Shown in pieces: positions 18,298 to 27,834 of a stretch of 34,265 nt of DNA. Position 1 is the first letter of the stretch, and the number at the start of each line of letters is the position of its first letter. The stretch is from contig JADGCM010000003.1 in the NCBI GenBank assembly GCA_015228995.1, forward strand, positions 1-34,265, written 5' to 3'. A model generated the notes under the pieces. The model was not told the origin of the DNA, did no database searches, and saw only the letters and a program-made list of their open reading frames with translations. Origin of the DNA: Magnetococcales bacterium (lineage in GTDB: Bacteria > Pseudomonadota > Magnetococcia > Magnetococcales > JADGCH01). The position numbers were made by a program, and so were the translations under genes.

Positions 18298-19506
18298 ATG
18301 AAACGTAGAGAATTTCTTCAGTCGTCTATGGCCATGGCCGCCGGTGCGGCCTTACCGACTTTGGGGGCAGCAGCGGAGCCGGCCTCAGTGGGCAAGCCCG
18401 TGGTCAAGAGCTACCGACAGTTGGGCAAGACAGCCATTACCATGAGTGATATCTCCTTTGGGGCGGGCAAGTTGGCTTCTGCATCAATGATTCTGCGTGC
18501 CATCGATCAGGGGGTTAATTATTTCGATACCGCCCCTGATTACGGTAGTAGTGAAGCCTTGATCGGCGAGGCCATGACCAAGTTCAAGCAACGCGATAAA
18601 ATTTATATCGCTTCCAAGTATTGTGAGGCAATTCCCTATCCAGCCCATTTAGCTATTGGTAAGTCTAAGGCCGATTATATCGCCGCTGTCGATGCCAGCT
18701 TGAAACGGATGAACTTAGATTATTTGGATGTCGTTTTTGTCCATGCTATTGGTGAGAAATCTGCTTCGGTAGAGCAAGAGCAGCAGCGGCTGCTAGATGC
18801 TACCATGCTGGAGGCAACGGAGGCCCTGAAAAAAGCCGGTAAAGTGCGTTATTTAGCGGTTTCTTCGCACGGTCCCAACAACCTGGAACCCTTATTGACA
18901 ACGGCAGTGGCCAGCGGCCACTATGATATCATCATGACCGCTTTCAATTTCATGAAGTTTCCCCAATTGCCCGAAGTTCTCAAAATGGCCGCAGCTCGTG
19001 GCGTTGGCATCATCGCTATGAAAACTTTGGCGGGGGCCAAGGAAAGCCAAGTGGAGGCCGGAGCGGCTGTTTTTGAACATGCTGCCTTCCGTTGGGTACT
19101 GAAACATCCTCAGATAGCTGGTCTGGTGGTTACGATCAAAACAGTGGACGATTTGAATCTTTATCTACAGGCCTCTGGCAGCTCTTTTGCGGCGGCCGAC
19201 CAACAAGCATTGGATCTCTACGCGGCGCGCCATGGACAAAATTATTGTCGTACTGGCTGTGGTGACTGTATGGGCTCTTGTCCGCAGGGTGTTGATATTG
19301 CCAATATCTTGCGTTACCAAATGTACTTTGAAGACTACGGCGACGAAAAACGAGCGATGCAAAGCTATGCGGCGTTGAGCCATTCGGCCTCACCCTGTGC
19401 CAGTTGTCAGCAACCGAGCTGCACGGCAGCTTGCAGTCACGGCTTGCCGGTAGCCAATAAGCTACAAGCGGCGCATCGGACGCTATCGTTTACTATGGTC
19501 GCTTGA
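18298..19506 (+). CDS. Tat-signal aldo/keto reductase with C-terminal 4Fe-4S domain
   Basis: MKRREFLQ twin-arginine signal with AAA cleavage site; YRQLGKT, GVNYFDTAPDYG, ASK, FVHA, GIIAMKTL; CRTGCGDCMGSCP and CASCQQPSCTAAC. Confidence 0.88.
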   Translation: MKRREFLQSSMAMAAGAALPTLGAAAEPASVGKPVVKSYRQLGKTAITMSDISFGAGKLASASMILRAIDQGVNYFDTAPDYGSSEALIGEAMTKFKQRDKIYIASKYCEAIPYPAHLAIGKSKADYIAAVDASLKRMNLDYLDVVFVHAIGEKSASVEQEQQRLLDATMLEATEALKKAGKVRYLAVSSHGPNNLEPLLTTAVASGHYDIIMTAFNFMKFPQLPEVLKMAAARGVGIIAMKTLAGAKESQVEAGAAVFEHAAFRWVLKHPQIAGLVVTIKTVDDLNLYLQASGSSFAAADQQALDLYAARHGQNYCRTGCGDCMGSCPQGVDIANILRYQMYFEDYGDEKRAMQSYAALSHSASPCASCQQPSCTAACSHGLPVANKLQAAHRTLSFTMVA

Positions 19507-20450
19507 TGGCTGCTGAAGCGCCGGTAGCCGTACGGTTGCTGTTGTTAGTGCTGTTGCCGTTGTTGGCAGCGGTGTTGTATGGGCGGGGGCAGCATTACGA
19601 TTCTACTTTGCTGGACTTCAAATCGGCGCGCAACCCGGTGACGGTGCTGTTGCCGCACCAAGCCGGTGATTGGCAACGTCAGGCTGAGGTGCGTTTGTTC
19701 GGTAAAGATAACCTCTACGAGTACATCAACGGCCATGCTGAGTATTTTTTAGGTGCCGGTTTTCGCTCTTTGGTGGTGGCCGAATATCGGTTGCCGACCG
19801 ACACTCGGCCATCGGTGGTCGCTGATGTCTACGACATGGGGGAAGCGATCAACGCCTTTGGTGTCTTGATGGAGGAGATGGGCCCCACCGGCCAATCTGT
19901 TGACATCGGCGAGACTGGCTTACAAAGCCAGCGCAGTCTGGGTTTTACCAGCGGCCCCTATTACGTCAAATTGGCCGCTTTTGCCGATCATCTACCGCTA
20001 TCGACGCTGGCGCAAACGATCAACAAGGCCTTGTTCAAAACGGCCGGGCCTGCTCAGGGTCGCATCTCCTGGCAAGGCCTTTTTCCCGATCTGGGCACGG
20101 TCACCAGCAGCCGCTTTATCAAGGAAAATTACCAAGGCTGGAGTTTTCTGCAACGTGTGGTCGAACGCAGTTTTATCCGCGCCGATGGTACCGTGATCCG
20201 TGCCTTCAGCGTCTCTGGCACAGCGGAACAGATGGCTGCGGTGCAACAAGCGTTGCTGACATTCATGCGCCAGGAGGAGAATAAGGTAACGGATACCCAG
20301 GTCGATGGAATGCGAATCCTGCAGATCACGGATCGTTACGAAGGAGATTGGATTTTGCTGCCGGTTAATAAGGGTTGGTTGGGGGTTTTTCATCCCCTGG
20401 ATTCGCTGTTGCAACAGCAACTAAAGGCTTTTATGAGCTCCCATGGATGA
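19506..20450 (+). CDS. Membrane-anchored conserved protein, DUF6599-like
   Basis: N-terminal TM; FGKDNLYEYINGHAEYFLGAGF, DVYDMGEAINAFG, GPYYVKL; overlaps both neighbours. Confidence 0.65.
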   Translation: MAAEAPVAVRLLLLVLLPLLAAVLYGRGQHYDSTLLDFKSARNPVTVLLPHQAGDWQRQAEVRLFGKDNLYEYINGHAEYFLGAGFRSLVVAEYRLPTDTRPSVVADVYDMGEAINAFGVLMEEMGPTGQSVDIGETGLQSQRSLGFTSGPYYVKLAAFADHLPLSTLAQTINKALFKTAGPAQGRISWQGLFPDLGTVTSSRFIKENYQGWSFLQRVVERSFIRADGTVIRAFSVSGTAEQMAAVQQALLTFMRQEENKVTDTQVDGMRILQITDRYEGDWILLPVNKGWLGVFHPLDSLLQQQLKAFMSSHG

Positions 20451-21468
20451 GAATGATAAAAAGCGTGTTGGCTCCCGCATCAATAAAGTCGAGCCAGCCT
20501 GGAGTCGACGCCGTCTTTTAGTCGAAGCGGGTATCACTACAGCAACGGCAGCGGCTGTGGGCGCCGTTGGCTACTGGGGTTACAGTTCTGAGGCGGTGCG
20601 GCATGCACCGCAGCCGATTTTGACCCTTAAAGACTTCCGAGTGGCGGCCAATACCCTGTACCCATCGCTGGTAGTGGTGCGTGGCGATGCGGTGGCAAAA
20701 ATGGTAGCGGAAGCATTGACACTGTTAGGCGGTATGCAGCGCTTTATCCAACGTGGTGATCGCGTCTTATTGAAGCCCAATGTTGGTTGGGATCGCCAAC
20801 CAGAGCAGGCGGCCAATACCAACCCCGAGGTTGTGGCGGCGGTCGCCCATCTCTGCCGGGAGGCTGGTGCGGCACAGGTATGGGTTACCGATTGCTCCAT
20901 CAACGATCCCCAACGTAGCTTTGTCCGTTCTGGCATTGAATTAGCTGCCCAGCAGGCTGGAGCGACCGTCAAATTACCAGCCAGCAACGATTTTTACCTC
21001 ACCAATATGCATGGCAGTCTCCTCAAAAATTGGCCCGTGGCGCGGTTCTTCCACCAAGTCGATAAGGTGATCAACCTGCCGGTGGTCAAGCATCACTCTC
21101 TAAGTGGCTGCACCGTGGCGATGAAAAATTGGTACGGGGTGTTGGGAGGGCAACGCAACCGCCTCCATCAGGACATCCATACCTCAATTGTTGATTTAGC
21201 CGCTGCTCTGCGACCGACGCTGACCATCGTTGATGCCACGCGGGTGTTAAAACGCAATGGTCCTTCCGGGGGCAGCCTGGATGATGTCGCACTGGAGAAC
21301 ACCTTAGTGGCTGGTCTGGATGAAGTCGCCTTAGATGCCTGGGCGTTGCCTCTGTTGGAATTGACGGTGACGCAGGTACCCTATTTGGCCATGGCTGAGG
21401 CGCGCGGTTTGGGAACCGCTAATTGGCGCAGTCTCCATTGGCTTGAACGTCAGCTCGGATCTGGGTGA
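20443..21468 (+). CDS. DUF362-domain protein with twin-arginine-like N-terminus
   Basis: SRRRLL plus hydrophobic segment; GDRVLLKPNVGWDR, ANTNPEVV, INLPVVKHH, AMKNWYG, PTLTIVDA, DEVALDA. Confidence 0.85.
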   Translation: MDENDKKRVGSRINKVEPAWSRRRLLVEAGITTATAAAVGAVGYWGYSSEAVRHAPQPILTLKDFRVAANTLYPSLVVVRGDAVAKMVAEALTLLGGMQRFIQRGDRVLLKPNVGWDRQPEQAANTNPEVVAAVAHLCREAGAAQVWVTDCSINDPQRSFVRSGIELAAQQAGATVKLPASNDFYLTNMHGSLLKNWPVARFFHQVDKVINLPVVKHHSLSGCTVAMKNWYGVLGGQRNRLHQDIHTSIVDLAAALRPTLTIVDATRVLKRNGPSGGSLDDVALENTLVAGLDEVALDAWALPLLELTVTQVPYLAMAEARGLGTANWRSLHWLERQLGSG

Positions 21469-21477
21469 GGGTGCGGG

Positions 21478-22989
21478 ATGTTGCCCAATTTGCGTGCCAT
21501 TCGCCGCCTATACGCTGGCTTCTTTTTGGTGCTGTTCCTGTTGCTGTTGTGGTTGGCCGACTTTAGCCACCTGCAGGGCTATGAGGTTAGCCTGTTTTTG
21601 GAGCTTGACCCTCTAACTGCTTTGGCGGGCGGTCTGACCAGTGCCACCCTCTATCGTGGTCTGGCGCTGTCGTTGTTAATCATCATCTTGACGCTGTTTT
21701 TGGGCCGGTTTTTTTGCTCCTGGGTCTGCCCATTGGGGATCATCAATCAGATCACCAGCCATCTTTTTACGCGGCGGCGACCGGCAGAAGAATATAGACG
21801 CAACCGTTATCAACCGATCTTTCGCATCAAGTATTACCTGTTGACGGCGCTATTGGTTATGGCCGCTCTGGGGGTGTTGCAGATTGGTCTATTGGATCCC
21901 ATTGCCTTGATTACCCGTTCTTTTGTTGTGGGTATCTGGCCTGCCTTGCAGCAGGGCGGGGCTGGTTTTTATCTATCACAGCCCTATTTTATCGGCGGTG
22001 TTTTGATCGCTTTGATTTTATTGGCTATTCTGGTAGCTAATCGCTTTATGACCCGTTATTGGTGTCGAGTGCTGTGCCCTTTGGGAGCGCTGCTGGGGCT
22101 ATTATCATGGCGACCACTGCTCCGTATCCGTCGCGATGTCGATAAATGCAACGATTGCCACAAATGTCTCCAATTTTGCCAAGGTGGTTGTGACCCCGAC
22201 GGGGCCTTGCGGGTGAGCGAATGTCATGTCTGCATGAATTGTATCGAGCAATGCCCGGATGGAGCACTGCACTACGGTCTGGCACAACCGCGCAGCTCCA
22301 TCCACCAGCCGCTTGATGTCAACCGCCGCCGCTTGTTAGAGAGCGGTGTGGTGGCGATGGCTTTTGTTCCCTTGTTGCGCAGTTCTTATTCATCGGCGGC
22401 TTCGCCGCACCCAGCCGTCATTCGTCCGCCTGGATCGTTGCCGGAGCTAGATTTTCTCGCCCGGTGTATTAAGTGTGCAGCCTGCATGCGCGTCTGCCCG
22501 ACCAACGTGCTGCAACCGGCCCTGTTAGAGGGAGGTCTGGAGGCCCTGTGGACGCCGATTTTGGTGAATCGTTTGGGCTATTGTGAACACCACTGCGTCT
22601 TATGTGGTCATGTCTGTCCCACCGGTGCCATTCGTCCGTTGACCGTAGCAGCCAAGGTCGGTACGACCAACCCATCTGAGCCCATCAAGTTGGGGACCGC
22701 CTTTTTCGATCACGGTCGTTGTCTGCCGTGGGCCATGCATACCCCGTGCATTGTCTGTGAGGAGGTGTGCCCGACCGCTCCCAAGGCTATTTGGTATCAG
22801 AAGACAACGATTACCGGTCGTGATGGCCAGCCAATCTCTTTGAAACAGCCTTACGTGGAGCCCGCCCGCTGCATCGGTTGTGGTATCTGCGAAAATAAAT
22901 GTCCTGTCAGCGACATGGCAGCAATTCGGGTGACATCGGTGGGGGAGAGTCGTTCTACCAAGAATGTCATGATTCTGCGTTCTCCATGA
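21478..22989 (+). CDS. Membrane polyferredoxin (NapH/MauN-like membrane domain fused to a NapG/MauM-like domain)
   Basis: Several TMs, two CxxxCP motifs (FFCSWVCP, YWCRVLCP), two 4Fe-4S motifs, internal NRRRLL plus TM, then IRPPG and four further Cys clusters. Confidence 0.88.
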   Translation: MLPNLRAIRRLYAGFFLVLFLLLLWLADFSHLQGYEVSLFLELDPLTALAGGLTSATLYRGLALSLLIIILTLFLGRFFCSWVCPLGIINQITSHLFTRRRPAEEYRRNRYQPIFRIKYYLLTALLVMAALGVLQIGLLDPIALITRSFVVGIWPALQQGGAGFYLSQPYFIGGVLIALILLAILVANRFMTRYWCRVLCPLGALLGLLSWRPLLRIRRDVDKCNDCHKCLQFCQGGCDPDGALRVSECHVCMNCIEQCPDGALHYGLAQPRSSIHQPLDVNRRRLLESGVVAMAFVPLLRSSYSSAASPHPAVIRPPGSLPELDFLARCIKCAACMRVCPTNVLQPALLEGGLEALWTPILVNRLGYCEHHCVLCGHVCPTGAIRPLTVAAKVGTTNPSEPIKLGTAFFDHGRCLPWAMHTPCIVCEEVCPTAPKAIWYQKTTITGRDGQPISLKQPYVEPARCIGCGICENKCPVSDMAAIRVTSVGESRSTKNVMILRSP

Positions 22990-23019
22990 TAGAACACGGT
23001 GCCCCGTATTCTACCATGG
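22984..23019. terminator. Stem-loop between convergent operons (possible terminator or 3' stabiliser)
   Basis: ccatgatagaacacgg-tgcc-ccgtattctaccatgg: a 16-bp stem, fully paired with two G-U wobbles on the minus-strand RNA; no U-tract. Confidence 0.5.
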
Positions 23020-23035
23020 GATTATGTCAATGGAA

Positions 23036-23536
23036 TCAGGCTACCTTCTGATAAGCGCTGTGTTTAGCGCCACAAATCGGGCACTGATCCGGTGCTTCAC
23101 CAAACACGGTATGACCACAGACGCCGCAGATGTGCAACATCTCGTGGTCCAGATCCTGGCCCTGCTCCAGTGCAGCGATGGCCTGCTTGTAAAGATCGCT
23201 GTGGACCTTTTCAACTTCCATGGCTTGGCGCATGCCCTGGGCAGCCCGCTTCTCCCCTTCCTCCTCGGCGGTGGCCACCATACCGGGATACATCTCGGTC
23301 ACTTCGTAATCCTCTCCAGCCATGGCTTCTTTCAAATTATCCAGGGTGGAGTGGATACCGCCCATATTGCGCAGGTGCGTGTGGGCATGCAGGGTTTCTG
23401 CCTCGGCAACAGCGCGGAACAGGTTGGCAATAACCGGGTAACCTTCTTGCTCGGCTTTTTTAGCAAAAGCCAGATACTTGCGATTGGCTTGGCTCTCACC
23501 AGCAAAAGCAGCTTTGAGATTGTCTTTGGTTTTCAC
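23036..23536 (-). CDS. rbr: Rubrerythrin
   Basis: NLKAAFAGESQANRKY, EAETLHA, GEDYE, VEKVH di-iron ligands; C-terminal CGVCG...CPICGA. Confidence 0.95.
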   Translation of the reverse strand: MKTKDNLKAAFAGESQANRKYLAFAKKAEQEGYPVIANLFRAVAEAETLHAHTHLRNMGGIHSTLDNLKEAMAGEDYEVTEMYPGMVATAEEEGEKRAAQGMRQAMEVEKVHSDLYKQAIAALEQGQDLDHEMLHICGVCGHTVFGEAPDQCPICGAKHSAYQKVA

Positions 23537-23548
23537 GATGGGGACTCC

Positions 23549-24682
23549 TTACTGATTGAGTTCTTTGATCAGAACTGATTTTTGGGTCGTAGCCTGACCA
23601 GTCAGGACAAAACCATCCAGAATGGCCTGCGCATTGAAATGGCGCCCGGTAACACCTGAATCGGATGGTTCTATCTCCCAATGCCCCTCTGTGGTACCGG
23701 GAGGCAAGGTGATGATAGGATATAACGTGGTTTTGATGGCAATGGGCATGACCGGATAGGTGACCGCCGTTTCCTGCCCGCAAAGGGTCGTTGCCAATGC
23801 CTTGGCTCCAGCCATCAGTGGTGCGACAAAGGGTAGATTACGACCATTGACTGCGGCGCAATCGCCCAAAGCGAAAATATCGGCAGCGCTGGTTCTTAGA
23901 TAGCCATCGGTCACAATGCCGCGCTCAACCTGCAGACCAGCCTGTTGCGCCAAGGCTGTAACCGGTCGAACCCCCACTGCCGACAGGATGAGATCGGCCG
24001 TGACAGTAACGCCATTTTTAAGTACTGTCCGGTAACCTGTGCCCGATTTTTCGATGGGACCATTAACGGTCTCAAGATGCCAGACAGCTCCATGACTGGC
24101 CAAAGCCTGCTGCACAGCCCGCCCTGCTTGTTCCGGCAACAGTGAGCTGATCGGCCAGCGATCCGGGCCAATAATGAGGACCTCACGTCCCGATTGCAAT
24201 AAATCGTTGGCAAACTCACAGCCAATCAGACCGGGTCCAATGATAGCGACGCGGCGTGATTGTTGGACCAGTTGCCGAAAATGGCCATAGTCGTCAAGGT
24301 TGTTGACCGACAGCACCTCCTGTGCACCGTCTCCGGTCAAAGGCAAGCGGATGGGGGTTGATCCAATCGCCAACACCAGTTTATCGTAAGTCAAACAAGT
24401 ACTACCGAAAGTGACCGTGTGTTGCTGTGGCTCAATAGCTGTCACAGGCGAGCCGGTTTTGATTTCTGCCTGTAGCTCGGATGCCATTTGCTCAGCCGTA
24501 GCCAGTGTCAGCGCTGTCGTATCCTTGTTTTGCGCCAAAGCTGTTGATAACAATGGCTTGGAGTAATAACGCCCCTCATCGGCTGTGATCAAAACCAGAG
24601 ATCCTGAATATTTCTGGCGACGCAGCTCCTTGGCTAGAGTGTAACCGGCTAGACCAGTACCAATAATACAGATAGGGTTCAT
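23549..24682 (-). CDS. rubB: NAD(P)H:rubredoxin oxidoreductase (RubB/NorW-like)
   Basis: IIGTGLAGY, YSKPLLS, IIGPGLIGCEFANDL, IFALGDCA, LPFVAPLM; adjacent to rubredoxin. Confidence 0.9.
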   Translation of the reverse strand: MNPICIIGTGLAGYTLAKELRRQKYSGSLVLITADEGRYYSKPLLSTALAQNKDTTALTLATAEQMASELQAEIKTGSPVTAIEPQQHTVTFGSTCLTYDKLVLAIGSTPIRLPLTGDGAQEVLSVNNLDDYGHFRQLVQQSRRVAIIGPGLIGCEFANDLLQSGREVLIIGPDRWPISSLLPEQAGRAVQQALASHGAVWHLETVNGPIEKSGTGYRTVLKNGVTVTADLILSAVGVRPVTALAQQAGLQVERGIVTDGYLRTSAADIFALGDCAAVNGRNLPFVAPLMAGAKALATTLCGQETAVTYPVMPIAIKTTLYPIITLPPGTTEGHWEIEPSDSGVTGRHFNAQAILDGFVLTGQATTQKSVLIKELNQ

Positions 24683-24691
24683 GGCTGCTAT

Positions 24692-24856
24692 TTAGCACTC
24701 CTCCATATCAAAATCAGCCTTAGCAACACCACAATCGGGACAAGACCAGTCATTTGGCACATCGGCCCATCGGGTGCCTGGCGCAATGCCCTCATCGGGT
24801 ACCCCTTGCGCTTCATCGTAGATATAGCCACAGATGTTACACCTGTATTTTTTCAT
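24692..24856 (-). CDS. rubA: Rubredoxin (54 aa, absent from the ORF track)
   Basis: Manual translation [54 protein letters not shown]; two CxxCG motifs; AGGAG RBS. Confidence 0.96.
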   Translation of the reverse strand: MKKYRCNICGYIYDEAQGVPDEGIAPGTRWADVPNDWSCPDCGVAKADFDMEEC

Positions 24857-24877
24857 CGATTTTCTCCTGTTTTACGG

Positions 24878-25456
24878 TTACGGTGACCAGCTCCAGATGG
24901 TGATATAGGTACGTCCGTAGCGCCGCTGTTTCACCAGAGACCAGGGTGGGGTGGCGACCTCTACGGTGGGGCTTTCATGTTCTGCTATCACCCAAGCCCC
25001 TTCTCTTAGCAGCTCCGTCGCCGCCAGCAGCATCAGTGCGGCGCCGATTAGCTCCTGATCGTATTGCCAAGGTGGGTCCATGAATACCACATCAAACGGC
25101 CCCCAGTCCACTACCATAGCGTGTAATCGGGCGTAGCTGGTTGCGGCAACGGCTGAATCTGCCAATAATCGAGCCTGTTGCTGGAGGCCACATTGACGCA
25201 AGTTTGTTTGGATGAGCCGTCGTGCCAGTGGCTGTTGTTCAACAAACAGCACCCGTTGGGCGCCACGGCTCAAGGCCTCAATGCCCAGCGTTCCGGTCCC
25301 AGCAAAGAGATCAAGCACCTGTGCTCCTGGTAAGGAATCCAGCAACATACTAAAAATCGCCTCTCGTACTCGCTCTGTAGTCGGGCGGATCTGTTGGCCT
25401 TGGGCCGGAGAGATCAGACGACGGCCACATAACGTCCCACCAGAAACCCGCAACAT
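24878..25456 (-). CDS. rsmD: 16S rRNA m2G966 methyltransferase
   Basis: LRVSGG...GRRL, IRPTTERVREAIF, VLDLFAGTGTLGIEALSRGA, FMDPPW. Confidence 0.93.
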   Translation of the reverse strand: MLRVSGGTLCGRRLISPAQGQQIRPTTERVREAIFSMLLDSLPGAQVLDLFAGTGTLGIEALSRGAQRVLFVEQQPLARRLIQTNLRQCGLQQQARLLADSAVAATSYARLHAMVVDWGPFDVVFMDPPWQYDQELIGAALMLLAATELLREGAWVIAEHESPTVEVATPPWSLVKQRRYGRTYITIWSWSP

Positions 25457-25465
25457 GGTGCCCGA

Positions 25466-26233
25466 TTACTCCGGCAACCAAGCTCGTTGGCCGGTAGCAC
25501 TCTGCAACGGCACCATCGGCCGTTGCATCAAGCGGCTGACACACTGTTGTTGTAATATTTGGCTGGTGCTGCCCTGTTCATGGCTGCCATCGGCAAATAA
25601 ACAGAGCAGGTGGTCGCAATAGCGGGCGGCCAAGTTAATATCATGTAATACCATACAGATAGCCCCACCTTTGTTGCGCCAATGTTGGCTGATGTGGTCC
25701 AAAATTTGGATTTGATGATGGGTGTCTAGGTAGACAGTCGGCTCATCCAATAACAATAGCAATGGATCCTGTGCCAATACCCTAGCCAAGGCCGCTCGTC
25801 GCCGCTCGCCACCAGAGAGGCGGCTGACATCGTGTTGGGCGTAAGGCGTCAAGCCGACCACTGCCAGTGCTTGCTGGGCCGCGAGATCATCGCCTTGATC
25901 GTGGTGCCACAGCGTCGCACGACGATGTGGGTAACGGCCGCTCAAAGCCATTGCCAATGCTGTGATCGGAAATAAGGTGTCGCTATCCTGTAACAGCACC
26001 CCCAGAGAACGAGCCAAATCACGACGTCGCCAGTGCGACAAAGGGCGATTTAATAAGGTGATGTGGCCAGCTGCCAGTGGATACAGCGCCGCCAGGGCAT
26101 GCAGTAACGTGCTTTTACCGATGCCATTGGGGCCCAGAATCGCCCAGCAGCTGCCTGCTTCGATGGTCAAATCGAGGTCACGACAAAGGGTGCGGTTATT
26201 GCGAACCACCGTTACAGCATCAGCACGAAGCAT
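25466..26233 (-). CDS. ABC transporter ATP-binding protein, iron-complex/cobalamin type (FecE/BtuD-like)
   Basis: GPNGIGKST, LSGGERRR, LLLDEPT, VLHDINLAARYCD. Confidence 0.9.
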   Translation of the reverse strand: MLRADAVTVVRNNRTLCRDLDLTIEAGSCWAILGPNGIGKSTLLHALAALYPLAAGHITLLNRPLSHWRRRDLARSLGVLLQDSDTLFPITALAMALSGRYPHRRATLWHHDQGDDLAAQQALAVVGLTPYAQHDVSRLSGGERRRAALARVLAQDPLLLLLDEPTVYLDTHHQIQILDHISQHWRNKGGAICMVLHDINLAARYCDHLLCLFADGSHEQGSTSQILQQQCVSRLMQRPMVPLQSATGQRAWLPE

Positions 26234-26325
26234 TGGCTACCACCGAGAAAAGTGCCTTTCCGTTGATTTTTACTGGCAATAGGTGTATCTGTCAAGCGGT
26301 GGCCATTGATTCAAGGAGTGCAGGC

Positions 26326-26850
26326 GTGACCAATCCCAACGATAAACCGAGAATATTAATTGTTGACGATATACCAGGCAATCTCAGAGTAGCACAGGCG
26401 GCACTGGGGGGCGAGTATGAGTTATTTGCCGCGATTAACGGTCAAAAAGCGCTTGAAATTGCTCAGTCAAAACGTCCGCACATCATTCTTCTCGACATCA
26501 TGATGCCGGACATGGATGGTTACGAGGTCTGCCGCCGGTTAAAGTCTGATCCGGTCACCAGCGAGGCAACAATTCTATTCCTTTCCTCCAAAGACGAAGT
26601 CATGGATGAGGTCAAAGGGATTATGTTGGGTGCCGCCGACTTCATCCTTAAACCGATTGAGCCAACTCTGCTCAAAACGCGAGTGATGGGACATATTCAA
26701 CGGGCGCTGGCTCTTCAGTCACTGCAAAAACGTGTTGAACAACTGGAACAACGTCTGAAGGCCGGGAGCCAGCTGGCGCAGCAGGCCCTTGCTGGTGATG
26801 ATCAGGCCCTACCGCAATTGTTGGCCATTTTACAGGTTCCATCCCCATGA
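26326..26850 (+). CDS. Response regulator (REC domain plus short coiled coil, no evident output domain)
   Basis: [31 protein letters not shown]; GTG at 26326 after AGGAG; ATGA overlap with hemB. Confidence 0.85.
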   Translation: MTNPNDKPRILIVDDIPGNLRVAQAALGGEYELFAAINGQKALEIAQSKRPHIILLDIMMPDMDGYEVCRRLKSDPVTSEATILFLSSKDEVMDEVKGIMLGAADFILKPIEPTLLKTRVMGHIQRALALQSLQKRVEQLEQRLKAGSQLAQQALAGDDQALPQLLAILQVPSP

Positions 26851-27824
26851 TCGTCAGGCCACGCCGGTTACGGCGCACCGCTACCCTGCGGCGTTTGGTA
26901 CAAGAGACCGCTGTCAGCGCCGCTGATTTTATCTATCCCCTGTTTGTTATCCCGGGCCAGAGCCGGCGTCTACCCGTCGCCTCAATGCCGGGTGTCGAGC
27001 AGCGAACCATCGATCAGGCCTTATTATTGGCGCGACAGGCTTGGGAGGTTGGTATCGGTGCCGTCATTCTGTTTGGTATCCCAGAACAGAAGGACGCGAC
27101 CGGTAGTGAAGCCTACCGGGAGGATGGCTTGGTTCAGCGTGCGATCGCCGCCCTCAAACAGGAATTGCCCGAGCTGCTGGTTATCGCCGATGCCTGCTTC
27201 TGTGAATATACCGACCATGGTCACTGTGGCGTCTTGCAAGGCCACGATGTCGATAATGACGCGACGTTGGAGTTATTGGCTCGTGCCGCCGTTAGCTACG
27301 CTGCCGCTGGCGCCGATATCATTGCCCCGTCCGGAATGATGGACGGCATGGTCACCACCATCCGCACCGCCCTCGACCGCCACGATTATACCCAAGTGGC
27401 TATTCTCTCTTACGCCGCTAAATATGCCTCCGCTTTTTATGGGCCTTTTCGTGACGCCGCTGGCAGCACGCCGCAATTTGGTGATCGTCGTAGTTATCAA
27501 ATGGACAGTGCCAACCGCCGTGAGGCATTGCGTGAGGTAGCATTGGACATCGAACAGGGCGCTGACATGGTGATGGTAAAACCAGCCTTGGCCTATCTTG
27601 ACATTGTCCGCGACGTTCGCAACCGCTTTGATGTGCCGCTAGTGGCTTATAACGTCAGTGGTGAATACGCCATGCTCAAGGCCGCCGCCGCTCAAGGGTG
27701 GATTGATGGCCCCCGCGTCATGATGGAGACCCTGACCGCCTTCAAACGAGCGGGCGCCGACCTCATTATTACCTACCATGCCATTGAGGCGGCGCAGCTG
27801 CTGTTGCCACGGACGTTTCCTTAA
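26847..27824 (+). CDS. hemB: Porphobilinogen synthase (Zn-type)
   Basis: [50 protein letters not shown]. Confidence 0.97.
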   Translation: MIVRPRRLRRTATLRRLVQETAVSAADFIYPLFVIPGQSRRLPVASMPGVEQRTIDQALLLARQAWEVGIGAVILFGIPEQKDATGSEAYREDGLVQRAIAALKQELPELLVIADACFCEYTDHGHCGVLQGHDVDNDATLELLARAAVSYAAAGADIIAPSGMMDGMVTTIRTALDRHDYTQVAILSYAAKYASAFYGPFRDAAGSTPQFGDRRSYQMDSANRREALREVALDIEQGADMVMVKPALAYLDIVRDVRNRFDVPLVAYNVSGEYAMLKAAAAQGWIDGPRVMMETLTAFKRAGADLIITYHAIEAAQLLLPRTFP

Positions 27825-27834
27825 ATCAAGCCAA

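Noticed and set aside
23024-23578. 184-aa plus-strand ORF
   Set aside because: Antisense shadow of rubrerythrin with no recognisable motifs.
26077-26325. N-terminal extension of the 257-aa response regulator ORF
   Set aside because: Overlaps the divergent ABC gene; a clear AGGAG plus GTG start lies at 26326.
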